Part shown: piece after piece, positions 9,606 to 18,704 of the stretch | Layout of the letters: each line of letters begins with the position of its first letter | Position numbering within the stretch: position 1 is the first letter of the stretch | Origin: Ignavibacteriota bacterium | GTDB lineage: Bacteria; Bacteroidota; Ignavibacteria; UBA10030 | Reading direction: 5' to 3' | DNA length: 64,000 nucleotides | Assembly (NCBI GenBank): GCA_003170475.1 | Contig: PMZI01000026.1 | Span: 2,114 to 66,113, forward strand | Program-made: the position numbers and the translations under genes | Notes under the pieces: generated by a model | Database searches by the model: none | The model's input: the letters and a program-made list of their open reading frames with translations, nothing else | What the model was told of the DNA's origin: nothing

Positions 9606-10334
9606 ATGATGAATGGGTTTAAGACAGAGGCAGGAATAGAAGTCCCCCCGGTGAATGTCTCGCAAATGCGAGAGGTTGACCGCATTGCTGTTGAGGAAAT
9701 GGGCCTGACGCTCTTCCAAATGATGGAAAACGCAGGACGCACCGTGGCACAGTTCTCCCTGGAAGTGCTGAAATGGCAGGGGCAGTCGGCGAAGGTTTTG
9801 GTTCTTGTCGGAAGCGGAGGCAACGGAGGTGGGGGGCTCTGCGCCGCCCGGCATATAGCGAATCGCTCGGTCAATGTCGATGTCTGTTACGCCGACCCTG
9901 CCAAGTTGAATGAATCGGCGGCCTGCCAGAGGAAAATCCTTAATTCCACACCTGCCAAGGAAACGGTGTCTTCGGCTCTTTCCGGGAAAACATACGATCT
10001 TATCATTGACGCTCTGATAGGAAATGGACTGGATTCCGCTCCGCGAGGAGAAGCTGCAGCTCTGATTCGGTGGGCAAATGAATCGAAGACCCCAATTCTT
10101 TCGCTGGATGTTCCCTCCGGTGTCAATGCGACAACAGGGGAGACACCCGGCGATTACATTCGGCCACGTTGGACGATCACCCTGGCTCTGCCCAAGACCG
10201 GCCTCTCTCCGGAGTTGACGGGGAATCTCTTTCTGGCAGATCTCGGCATCCCTCCGAAGGCCTTTCAGAAGGTGAATCTGCAATATACCAATCCATTCGG
10301 CAGCACCTTCTGGGTTCCTCTGACCAAATGGTGA
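9606..10334 (+). CDS. nnr: NAD(P)H-hydrate epimerase (YjeF N-terminal domain)
   Basis: VLVLVGSGGNGGGGLCAARH and the downstream DALIGNGL motifs of YjeF_N. Confidence 0.65.
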   Translation: MMNGFKTEAGIEVPPVNVSQMREVDRIAVEEMGLTLFQMMENAGRTVAQFSLEVLKWQGQSAKVLVLVGSGGNGGGGLCAARHIANRSVNVDVCYADPAKLNESAACQRKILNSTPAKETVSSALSGKTYDLIIDALIGNGLDSAPRGEAAALIRWANESKTPILSLDVPSGVNATTGETPGDYIRPRWTITLALPKTGLSPELTGNLFLADLGIPPKAFQKVNLQYTNPFGSTFWVPLTKW

Positions 10335-10396
10335 TTGGAAAACTCAGAAGTGTGAACACGTTGACGTGACCAGAACCCTGAAGAAGGACGTCTTAC

Positions 10397-11881
10397 ATGA
10401 GCAATGTGATTGTCATACTCGGCGCTTCAGGTGATCTGACCGCCCGCAAGCTTATCCCTGCGCTCTATAACAATTTCAAGAAGAAGAGACTGCCGGAAGG
10501 TACTTCCGTTCTCGGCTTCGCCCGACGACCTTATTCGGACGACGATTTCCGTCAGAAGATGAAGGAAGCGGTGTTGACTTTCGAACCGGACGATTTCAAC
10601 GAGGCGGAGTGGGGAAAGTTTTCGAAGCTGTTGTTCTATCAGATGGGCGAGTTTTCGGGTGAAGAGCACTACCGCGCTTTGTCATTGAGAATAAACGATG
10701 TCAGCACATCTCCTCAGAATTGTCTCTTCTATCTCTCTGCGGCACCTGAATTCTATCCGATAATCGTCACGCATCTTGCCGGCGCGAATCTTCTCTCAGA
10801 AACGGAAACGGGCTATCGGCGGGTCATCGTGGAAAAGCCGTTTGGGCGGGATCTCGCATCGGCACTATCGCTCAACAGCGTGCTCCACGGAGCTCTTCAG
10901 GAACATCAGGTCTATCGGATCGATCACTATCTCGGAAAAGAGACTGTTCAGAATGTTGTCGTGTTCCGATTCGGCAATGCCATCTTTGAGCCCCTATGGA
11001 ATAGGAATTATGTGGACCACGTGCAAATCACCGTCGCAGAATCCGTGGGAGTTGAGCATCGGGGGAATTATTATGATACGGCCGGAGTGTTACGCGACAT
11101 GTTTCAAAATCACCTTCTCCAGTTGCTCGCGCTTGTCGCAATGGAGCCGCCGGCTGTCTTTGATGCCGACACGTTGAGAAATGAAAAAGTGAAGGTGCTC
11201 AGCGCCTTGAGAGAAATCTCGCCGGAGCATTCTGCGCTGTCGACAGTGCGAGGGCAGTATGAAGGATATCTCTCCGAGAACGGTGTTGGACAAGACTCGA
11301 GAACCGAGACCTTCGCCGCCGTTCGGCTGTTCATCGACAATTGGCGGTGGCAAGGGGTACCGTTCTATCTGCGATCGGGCAAGCTCTTGAATGAAAAAAT
11401 TTCCGAAATTACGGTACAGTTTCGTCGTCCGCCGACACAGATACTCGATGTTCAAGCGGGGAAAACTGAACTCTTTACGAATCGCCTGAGCATTCAGATT
11501 CAACCGAACGAGGGAATGCATTTGCGCTTTCTTGCAAAAGTGCCGGATGAAGGCATGCAGACACGTCCGGTGGAGATGGCGTTCAACTTTCGGGAATCAT
11601 TCGGGGTGAAGGCAATTCCGGAGGCATACGAGCGACTGTTGTTGGATGCCATGAACGGCGACGCATCTCTCTTTGCCCGGAGCGATGAAATCGAGCTTGC
11701 ATGGAAATTCATCGATAGCATCCGGGAAGGATGGGAAGGCGAACATGCGCCCCCGATCCTTCCATACAGAAAAGGATCCTGGGGCCCGGGTGCCGCAGAT
11801 GATTTGTTGGGGCGTGACGGACGTTGGTGGGTGCATGAGAGCGGAACCGAGGACGGACCGATTGCAGGGCTCATCAAATGA
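10397..11881 (+). CDS. zwf: Glucose-6-phosphate 1-dehydrogenase
   Basis: ILGASGDLTARKL NADP site, EKPFGRDLASA and RIDHYLGKE signatures. 494 aa. Confidence 0.9.
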   Translation: MSNVIVILGASGDLTARKLIPALYNNFKKKRLPEGTSVLGFARRPYSDDDFRQKMKEAVLTFEPDDFNEAEWGKFSKLLFYQMGEFSGEEHYRALSLRINDVSTSPQNCLFYLSAAPEFYPIIVTHLAGANLLSETETGYRRVIVEKPFGRDLASALSLNSVLHGALQEHQVYRIDHYLGKETVQNVVVFRFGNAIFEPLWNRNYVDHVQITVAESVGVEHRGNYYDTAGVLRDMFQNHLLQLLALVAMEPPAVFDADTLRNEKVKVLSALREISPEHSALSTVRGQYEGYLSENGVGQDSRTETFAAVRLFIDNWRWQGVPFYLRSGKLLNEKISEITVQFRRPPTQILDVQAGKTELFTNRLSIQIQPNEGMHLRFLAKVPDEGMQTRPVEMAFNFRESFGVKAIPEAYERLLLDAMNGDASLFARSDEIELAWKFIDSIREGWEGEHAPPILPYRKGSWGPGAADDLLGRDGRWWVHESGTEDGPIAGLIK

Positions 11882-12660
11882 GCAGAAAGCTTCGACCATC
11901 CGTACGGACTTTTCTCTCAAACGATCATCTCTCCCTGGGGGCAGCTCAGGAATTTGTTCGCATCGTAAATTCGGCCATTGAAGCTCGTGAAATCTGCACC
12001 GTTGCATTGTCGGGGGGAGAAACGCCGCGCAGCATGTACAGCCGACTGGCAAAGGCCCCCTTCGCTCATTCTGTGGATTGGAGCAAGGTTCATCTGTTCT
12101 TCGGGGACGAGAGAACTGTTCCACCGACCGATCGACAAAGCAATTTCGGAATGGTCGATCATGAGCTACTTTCTCATCTCGACATTCCCGAGGGAAATAT
12201 CCATCGAATCCAGGGAGAGCTCGACCCGGACGAAGCAGCCCATCGCTATCAACAGGAACTTGAGGAAGAGTTCGGGCATCAGGAAGTGCGGTTCGATCTT
12301 GTGTTGTTGGGGTTGGGTGAGGATGGGCACACCGCGTCCTTGTTCCCTCAGACAAAATCGCTCGATGAAGAACAATCTCTGGTTTGTTCTGTGTATGTTC
12401 CTCGACTTGAAAGCTGGCGAATCTCTCTTACCTTCCGCACTCTCAACAACGCGCGTCGGGTGCTGTTCCTGGTAGCAGGAGGGAAGAAGGCGTCGATTCT
12501 TGCACGAGTCCTCGAAGCGAAAGAAGCAACAAAAGAGTTGCCCGCCACTCTCGTAATGCCCAAGGAAGGAACCCTGCTTTGGATGGTTGACCAGGATGCT
12601 GCTATGAGTCTCAGTGATCGTCTCGGGTCCGGCATCGCCGGAACCGCTTCAGACGTATGA
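11878..12660 (+). CDS. pgl: 6-phosphogluconolactonase
   Basis: ALSGGETPRSMY and LLGLGEDGHTASLFP motifs. ATGA overlap with the zwf stop shows translational coupling. Confidence 0.85.
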   Translation: MSRKLRPSVRTFLSNDHLSLGAAQEFVRIVNSAIEAREICTVALSGGETPRSMYSRLAKAPFAHSVDWSKVHLFFGDERTVPPTDRQSNFGMVDHELLSHLDIPEGNIHRIQGELDPDEAAHRYQQELEEEFGHQEVRFDLVLLGLGEDGHTASLFPQTKSLDEEQSLVCSVYVPRLESWRISLTFRTLNNARRVLFLVAGGKKASILARVLEAKEATKELPATLVMPKEGTLLWMVDQDAAMSLSDRLGSGIAGTASDV

Positions 12661-12764
12661 ATCCTTCCGGCGTCGTTCCCTCGAGTTTTCTTCCTTACCC
12701 GCTTGACTTTTTTCCTTCCTTTGCGTAGCTATAAATGTTGGCATATCCTTGCACCGGATCGAAA

Positions 12765-13964
12765 ATGAACGCACTTCTTCTCGAAAACATACACGACCGC
12801 GCGATCGCTGGCCTGAAGGCTCATGCGTTAAGCGTAACCACAGAGGCATGCGCGCTTACAGAGGATGAGCTCATCAGCGCGTTGAAAGGCATTTCGATTC
12901 TTGGATTGCGTTCTCGTACGACTCTCTCGAAGCGCGTCCTGGAAAACGCTCCCGATCTGATTGCCGTTGGCGCCTACTGCATCGGTACGAATCAGATTGA
13001 CCTCAATGCTGCATCGTCGAGGGGCATTGCGGTTTTCAACGCACCCTATAGCAACACTCGCAGCGTCGCAGAACTCGTGATTGCGGAAATCATCTTCCTC
13101 ATTCGGCGACTGCATGACAAAGTTGTCAAGGCGCATCACGGCACCTGGGACAAGTCTGCAGGGAATGCGCGAGAGGTACGAGGGAAAAAGCTGGGCATCG
13201 TCGGTTTCGGCAATATCGGATCTCAGGTATCGACTCTTGCCGAAGCGCTGGGGATGGATGTCTACTACTATGACGTCCTGGACAAACTGAATATTGGGAA
13301 CGCAACAAAGGTCTGCAATCTGAGTGATCTCCTGAAGAAGGTCGACATCGTCACGATTCACGTTGATGGCAATCCTGCAAATACCAACCTCATCGACGAA
13401 GAAGAGTTCGCCATCATGAAGGACGGCGTTGTTCTGTTGAACTTGAGCCGTGGTCACGTCGTGAATATCGATGCTCTGGCCAGAAACGTCAAATCCGGCA
13501 AAGTTGCCGGAGCTGCAATCGATGTCTTCCCGAAGGAACCAAGGGACGGAAGCGAACCATTCTCGACGCCGTTGCAGTCTCTTCCCAATGTTATTCTTAC
13601 GCCGCATATCGGTGGAAGCACGGAAGAAGCTCAGGAGAACATTGGGGAATTCGTATCCAACAAACTCGTTGAATATCTTCTTACCGGCAGCACCTTCACC
13701 AGCGTCAATTTCCCGAGGATCAATCTTCCCCGGGCCAACGGTTCACAGGCGCGCCGGTTGCTCCACGTTCACAATAACGTGCCGGGGGTACTGTCTCAGA
13801 TCAACGGCATTTTCGCCAAGAACAATGTTAATGTCGTGGCCCAGTATCTTCGGACGAATGAACTGATCGGCTACGCGATCGCAGACGTCGACAAGGAGTA
13901 CAAAGACTCGCTGCTCGATGACCTGCGAAATGTGGATCATACTATCAAAGTCAGAATCGTGTAG
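12765..13964 (+). CDS. serA: D-3-phosphoglycerate dehydrogenase with C-terminal ACT domain
   Basis: 2-hydroxyacid dehydrogenase fold (GIVGFGNIGSQV NAD site, catalytic RGH/E region) plus an ACT-like tail. The start is placed at MNALLLENIH; the ORF-track start at 12735 is also possible. Confidence 0.8.
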   Translation: MNALLLENIHDRAIAGLKAHALSVTTEACALTEDELISALKGISILGLRSRTTLSKRVLENAPDLIAVGAYCIGTNQIDLNAASSRGIAVFNAPYSNTRSVAELVIAEIIFLIRRLHDKVVKAHHGTWDKSAGNAREVRGKKLGIVGFGNIGSQVSTLAEALGMDVYYYDVLDKLNIGNATKVCNLSDLLKKVDIVTIHVDGNPANTNLIDEEEFAIMKDGVVLLNLSRGHVVNIDALARNVKSGKVAGAAIDVFPKEPRDGSEPFSTPLQSLPNVILTPHIGGSTEEAQENIGEFVSNKLVEYLLTGSTFTSVNFPRINLPRANGSQARRLLHVHNNVPGVLSQINGIFAKNNVNVVAQYLRTNELIGYAIADVDKEYKDSLLDDLRNVDHTIKVRIV

Positions 13965-14236
13965 ACCGCACTCCGCAGATTCGGCAATCGTAATCATCGC
14001 AGTGTTTTGATCCGCGTTTCTTCGCGATAAGAAGTGTTGTCCCCGTCGCACCCACCATTTTGCCCCGGACGAGGCTAACCTGTGAATGCCCTCCCGATCC
14101 CGCGATGGGGATTCGAGCATCCTCGCGTGGCGAAACCTGGATTTCATTCTATTTTCATGTTGGTCAGCTATATTTAAGCTTTTAACTACCGTCTGTTTTT
14201 CCCTCAATCTGTTGTTCCAACTATTGACATCATTCT

Positions 14237-16660
14237 ATGCTCCTCAAGTCTTCACTCCGGATCGCAATCGTTTGCCTTTTTCTGACTCTCAGCCTTTTTT
14301 CACAGAACCTCAAGCAAGGAGCGATCTCCGGAACGGTCGTTGACAAAGCCACGAGCCGACCAATGGAATTCGTCAATGTCGTCCTACGCAACAAGGCCGA
14401 TAGTGCCATTGTCGCTGGAACAGAGACGGACACAAAGGGGAAATTTAGCTTCATCGATGTGTCTCCGGGTGAGTACTTTATACGACTGAGCTTCATCGGA
14501 TACGCCGAACGATTCACCTCGTATCACAAAATCGATGCCCGCAATTCCAGCTGGAACCTTGGGTCCGTTCCCCTGATAGAGTCATCAGTGAATCTTGACG
14601 AAGTCGTCGTGACGGGACAAAAAGCTCTCTTCAACAATTCAGTCGACCGAAAAATCTACAACATCGGTCAGGACATCATGAGCAAATCGGGATCGACGAG
14701 TGAGTTGCTGCAGAACATTCCATCGGTGGAAGTGGATATCGATGGGAATGTGAGTCTGAGGGGTTCCTCCGGCGTCTTGATCTTGATCAATGGCAAGACT
14801 TCTCCACTCATGGCAAAGAGCAGTGCCACGGTCTTGCAGCAGATGCCTGCGAGTTCCATCGAGAGAATTGAAATCATCACGAATCCGTCTGCCAAGTACA
14901 AACCCGACGGAGCGTCCGGGATTATCAATATTGTGCTGAAGAAGAACATCGGTATGGGGACGAACGGAAGCGTTGCCGCGAACGTCGGCAATAAGAACCG
15001 CGCCAATGGCAATCTACGACTCACGTACAATCCGGGTGATCTGAATCTCTTTGCCAACTACAGTCTGCGTGCGGACAGCCGGAACCGAATCAACTCCGAT
15101 ACGCGCCGTCAAGTCGACTCCGCTTCTGTCACAACCTTCTATCGGGATAATCTGTTCTCCTACGCCAATCCGCTTTCTCATATGGTCTCGGCGGGAGGCG
15201 ACTACAACTTCGATGATTTCTGGAGCGCCGGAATATCGGGCAACTACTTCCACAACGGATTTACCAGGTCTGAACAATCACTGAAGATCTTGCAGGACAG
15301 CAACCATGTGACGACGAACAATTATGGGCGCAATCGATGGGACAATCAGTATGAGGAGGAGGGTGGCCTTAAAGCCTTCGTCGAGCACAAGTTTGCGAAA
15401 AAGGATCACAAGCTTCGGCTGGAATTCAACTACTCCCGTGCCCCGGAACAGGAAAACAATCACTATACAGATATCTTCTGGTCTCCCCCGGAGCCGAATC
15501 AATTTGACAACACGCTCCTCAAGACTGCTGAAAAGAAGACCGAGCTGAGCGCAGACTATTCAAATCCGCTCACCGAGGAATCGACCCTCGAGGCAGGGTA
15601 CGCAGGTGAATTCAACAACGTCGACATGGATTTGTACGCAGAACTCTTCGATGGGGTTCAGAACCGATTCATCAAGGACCTCACACGATCGAACAGATTC
15701 ATCTTTGACCAAAATGTCCACGCTTTCTACGCCTCGTATCAACAATCTTTGGGAAGTTTCGGTTTGATGGGAGGACTCAGGGCCGAGCAGTCATACGTGA
15801 CCTCCAACCTGGTGACGCTGGATTCGATCATCTCGAACCGTTACTTCAACGTCTATCCCTCGGTCCATCTGTCATATAAACTCAACGAGGCAGCCGAACT
15901 ACGGCTGAGCTACAGCCGCCGTACTCATCGACCAGAGGGAGACGACCTCAATCCCTTTCCAGAGTACCGCGATCCGCGCACTATCTCCGCCGGAAACCCG
16001 AAACTTCTTCCTGAGTTTTCTCATTCCGTCGAACTGGGCTGCAAGTTCGAGACGGATCAGTTGTCGTTTCTGCCGGCTCTCTATTACCGGTACACGTATA
16101 ACCGGTTCTCATCCATCATCCTGCCGGTCAATGATTCAACTCTGCTGACGACAAAAATCAACCTGGCGAGCGATCAGGCTACCGGTCTTGAGGTTGTTCT
16201 CTCAGGGGGCATCAACGAGATCCTCTCCGCTCACGCAAGCGCCAACGTGTTCTTTAATCAGATCGATGCTTCGAATCTTGGATACAGTCAGGACAAGTCG
16301 ACCACGAGCTGGAGTGGGGCAATGACGCTCAATGTCAATGCAACGAAGACCTCCATGGTGCAGATGAATGCCAATTATAACTCGCGCAGGTTGACGCCGC
16401 AAGGGGAAAATCTTCCGACGTACGTCGTCAACTTGGGGATTCGCCAGGAGCTGTTCGAGAACAAGGTCACGATGGTTCTGACGGTCGCTGATCTGTTCAA
16501 TACGCTCAAGCGCACCACCGAGGTGAACACCCCGTTTTTGAATCAAACACTTGTGAATGCACGTGATGCAAGGATTGTTTATTTTGGATTTACCTACTAC
16601 TTTGGGACGCAGAGGAAGAAGTCCAAAGAAGAGACAATCAAATATGACGACGGCATCTGA
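14237..16660 (+). CDS. TonB-dependent outer-membrane receptor with N-terminal carboxypeptidase-regulatory-like domain
   Basis: Signal peptide. CarbopepD_reg-like GTVVDKATSRPMEFVNVVL. Plug domain (LDEVVVTG...IPSVEVDIDGNVSLRGS). Long beta-barrel with aromatic-rich terminal strands (VYFGFTYYFG). Confidence 0.8.
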   Translation: MLLKSSLRIAIVCLFLTLSLFSQNLKQGAISGTVVDKATSRPMEFVNVVLRNKADSAIVAGTETDTKGKFSFIDVSPGEYFIRLSFIGYAERFTSYHKIDARNSSWNLGSVPLIESSVNLDEVVVTGQKALFNNSVDRKIYNIGQDIMSKSGSTSELLQNIPSVEVDIDGNVSLRGSSGVLILINGKTSPLMAKSSATVLQQMPASSIERIEIITNPSAKYKPDGASGIINIVLKKNIGMGTNGSVAANVGNKNRANGNLRLTYNPGDLNLFANYSLRADSRNRINSDTRRQVDSASVTTFYRDNLFSYANPLSHMVSAGGDYNFDDFWSAGISGNYFHNGFTRSEQSLKILQDSNHVTTNNYGRNRWDNQYEEEGGLKAFVEHKFAKKDHKLRLEFNYSRAPEQENNHYTDIFWSPPEPNQFDNTLLKTAEKKTELSADYSNPLTEESTLEAGYAGEFNNVDMDLYAELFDGVQNRFIKDLTRSNRFIFDQNVHAFYASYQQSLGSFGLMGGLRAEQSYVTSNLVTLDSIISNRYFNVYPSVHLSYKLNEAAELRLSYSRRTHRPEGDDLNPFPEYRDPRTISAGNPKLLPEFSHSVELGCKFETDQLSFLPALYYRYTYNRFSSIILPVNDSTLLTTKINLASDQATGLEVVLSGGINEILSAHASANVFFNQIDASNLGYSQDKSTTSWSGAMTLNVNATKTSMVQMNANYNSRRLTPQGENLPTYVVNLGIRQELFENKVTMVLTVADLFNTLKRTTEVNTPFLNQTLVNARDARIVYFGFTYYFGTQRKKSKEETIKYDDGI

Positions 16661-16706
16661 CAAGATCCGTCCCGATCGGTATTCAATCTTTGAATCGGAG
16701 GAAGCA

Positions 16707-17168
16707 ATGAGGAGGAGCAACTGGAGTCGATATCTGTGTGTCGCCGCGTTTGGGTGTGTCGGCTTGCTTCGCGCAGAAGGGCAGACCAAACCGGCCGTTC
16801 AAAAGAACGCAGACAGTGTGCGATACAATATCGACAACTGCGTGAACGAATTCGACGGGAAGAAATCCGAGAAAACTGAGGCCGGGTATCAATATTGGTT
16901 CGTGAACAAAGATCTGGCTGACGGGAAGACGCTGAAGATGAGCGTCGTGAAGCCACACTCGGCAACGCACCCACCCCACAGCCATCCAGAGGATGAGTTC
17001 TTTTTTGTGCTGGAAGGAAAGGTTGAGTTCTATCTCAACGGTAGAACGAAGGTGGCCGGTCCGTTTTCAAGCCTCTACTGTCCGTCGAATGTTGAGCATG
17101 GAATCCGGAATGTCGGAGATACCGAGGCGAAGTACCTCGTGATAAAGAAATATGAGGCCGAGAAGTGA
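16707..17168 (+). CDS. Periplasmic cupin-domain protein
   Basis: RBS GGAGGA before the internal ATG. Signal peptide (YLCVAAFGCVGLLRAEG). Cupin_2 motifs HSHPEDEFFFVLEGKVEFYLNG ... EHGIRN. Confidence 0.6.
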   Translation: MRRSNWSRYLCVAAFGCVGLLRAEGQTKPAVQKNADSVRYNIDNCVNEFDGKKSEKTEAGYQYWFVNKDLADGKTLKMSVVKPHSATHPPHSHPEDEFFFVLEGKVEFYLNGRTKVAGPFSSLYCPSNVEHGIRNVGDTEAKYLVIKKYEAEK

Positions 17169-17466
17169 TTGGTTGACTGGTTAATTGATTAGAACTCATC
17201 TCAAAAATACCCCCAAAGGACGGATTGTCATTCCCGCATGTCTTAGGCGGCCTGCCCGCCTCTAAAGTTCTCGCGGGGCAGGCGGGGAATCCAGAACATA
17301 GATTGTAGCGGCTTTGGGCAAATATTATGCTCTCTTCTGCACTCCCGACAGAAGCATTTCTCGAAGGGATCCCTTCGGGACGGGAGTGACATCCATTTTT
17401 GAGATAGCTTCTCATTAGTTGATTGGATAATTGGTCTCAACGCCAATTAACCACTCACCAACTCAC
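17166..17466. mobile_element. MITE-like element: roughly 300 bp with imperfect 23-bp terminal inverted repeats and internal hairpins
   Basis: The left end GTGATTGGTTGACTGGTTAATTG and the reverse complement of the right end GTGAGTTGGTGAGTGGTTAATTG match at about 20 of 23 positions. Sub-terminal inverted repeats are also present (TTGATTAGAACTCATCTC vs GAGATAGCTTCTCATTAG). Internal palindromes are AATTGG-n8-CCAATT and GGGATCCC/CCCTTCGGG. There is no ORF. The element sits exactly between the stop codons of convergent genes. Confidence 0.35.
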
Positions 17467-18518
17467 TCCTCACCGAGAGTCACTGTCCTTCGCTCCTCGT
17501 TGCTTCTCTTCGCCGCTTCGATGATCCGGATGACGTTGAGCGCATCCTCCGGATCCACCGGTGGCTTGGTGTGATGAACAATGCAATCGTAGACATCAGT
17601 GTAGAACGCGCTATAATTTCCCGGCTTTGATTCAACGATCACCTTCCGTTGTGTGCCGTTGACCTCGGTGTTCAGCAGCCCCCACCATTCCTGTGATTCC
17701 TTTCCCCAATCGGCTCCACCGGGAACTTTGCCTTGTTTCAAAGCTTCTTCCTGAGGATCAAGGCCGTGCTTGATGAAAGATCCAAGCGTCCCATGCAGGA
17801 TGTAACGCGGCCCCAACTCCCTTACCAGGTAACTGCTTCTTGTGGAAACGATGAGTTCGAGGTAATGAAGTTTGATGTCATACCAGTCGTCGACTTCACC
17901 GCGGTTCCTCACAATCCGAGTGAGCGCAGTCACTGCCTCCGGCATGCCGAAAAGAACTAGCGCCTGGTCGATCATGTGAGATCCGAGATTGTACAGGAGT
18001 CCGGCTCCCGCCTCCGCCTGCTCTTTCCATGTGTCCGGCTGAATGGCATATCTGTAGCGGTCGAAATGTGATTCGAAGTCAACAAGTCGGCCGAGCATCT
18101 TCTTCTTGACGACCTCCTGGACCGTGAGAAAGTCTGCGTCCCAGCGGCGGTTTTGGAAGACAGTCAACATCAATCTCTTTTCTCGCGCCAAGGCAACGAG
18201 TTCCTCCCCCTGTGCCACCGTCTGTGTGAACGGTTTTTCGACGACAACGTGCTTCCCAGCCTGAAGTGCCTTTTTGACGAGTTCACAATGTGTCTGGTCC
18301 GGAGTATTGACGATAAGCAGCTCAATGTCATCGTCTCCCAGAAGATCGTCGAAGGATCGCGAAACGATTGAATCGGGATACAGTGTGGGAGCTTCGTCCT
18401 TGCTTCGTTCCACGATCCGTTTGATGGTAAAGTTCGCGTGATGGTGAAGAAGAGGTCCGTGGAATACCTTTCCCGACATTCCAAATGAGGCAAGTCCGAC
18501 GCATATTCTCCGATTCAT
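17463..18518 (-). CDS. Gfo/Idh/MocA family NAD(P)-dependent oxidoreductase
   Basis: N-terminal Rossmann ICVGLASFGMSGKVFHGPLL, the EKP motif (VVVEKPFTQT) and a C-terminal alpha/beta domain. Confidence 0.8.
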   Translation of the reverse strand: MNRRICVGLASFGMSGKVFHGPLLHHHANFTIKRIVERSKDEAPTLYPDSIVSRSFDDLLGDDDIELLIVNTPDQTHCELVKKALQAGKHVVVEKPFTQTVAQGEELVALAREKRLMLTVFQNRRWDADFLTVQEVVKKKMLGRLVDFESHFDRYRYAIQPDTWKEQAEAGAGLLYNLGSHMIDQALVLFGMPEAVTALTRIVRNRGEVDDWYDIKLHYLELIVSTRSSYLVRELGPRYILHGTLGSFIKHGLDPQEEALKQGKVPGGADWGKESQEWWGLLNTEVNGTQRKVIVESKPGNYSAFYTDVYDCIVHHTKPPVDPEDALNVIRIIEAAKRSNEERRTVTLGEE

Positions 18519-18704
18519 AGTCTTCTGTCATTATCGTTGTTGTGAAGAAGCGACTGTTCACACCGAATATAAGGATATTTTGCAGGGATGAGAACATCGG
18601 CGGGGTGAGTGCCTTCCTCCTACGATTACTCCATTCGAGGCAGGAGAAAAAGACATTAAGTTGTATATTGTTCCAAACACAAACTGAACACTGAAAGTGA
18701 GCAT

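Noticed and set aside
12735-12764. Ten-codon N-terminal extension of serA in the track (MLAYPCTGSK).
   Set aside because: Alignment to canonical SerA N-termini favours the downstream Met (MNALLLENIH). Neither start has a strong SD, so the extension is left as an alternative.
14216-14236. TTGACA hexamer (ATTGACATCATTCT) just upstream of the TonB-dependent receptor ATG, as a sigma-70 -35 box.
   Set aside because: It lies only about 8 nt before the start codon, so it cannot serve this gene's promoter. Bacteroidota-type promoters also use different consensus elements (TTTG/TAnnTTTG).
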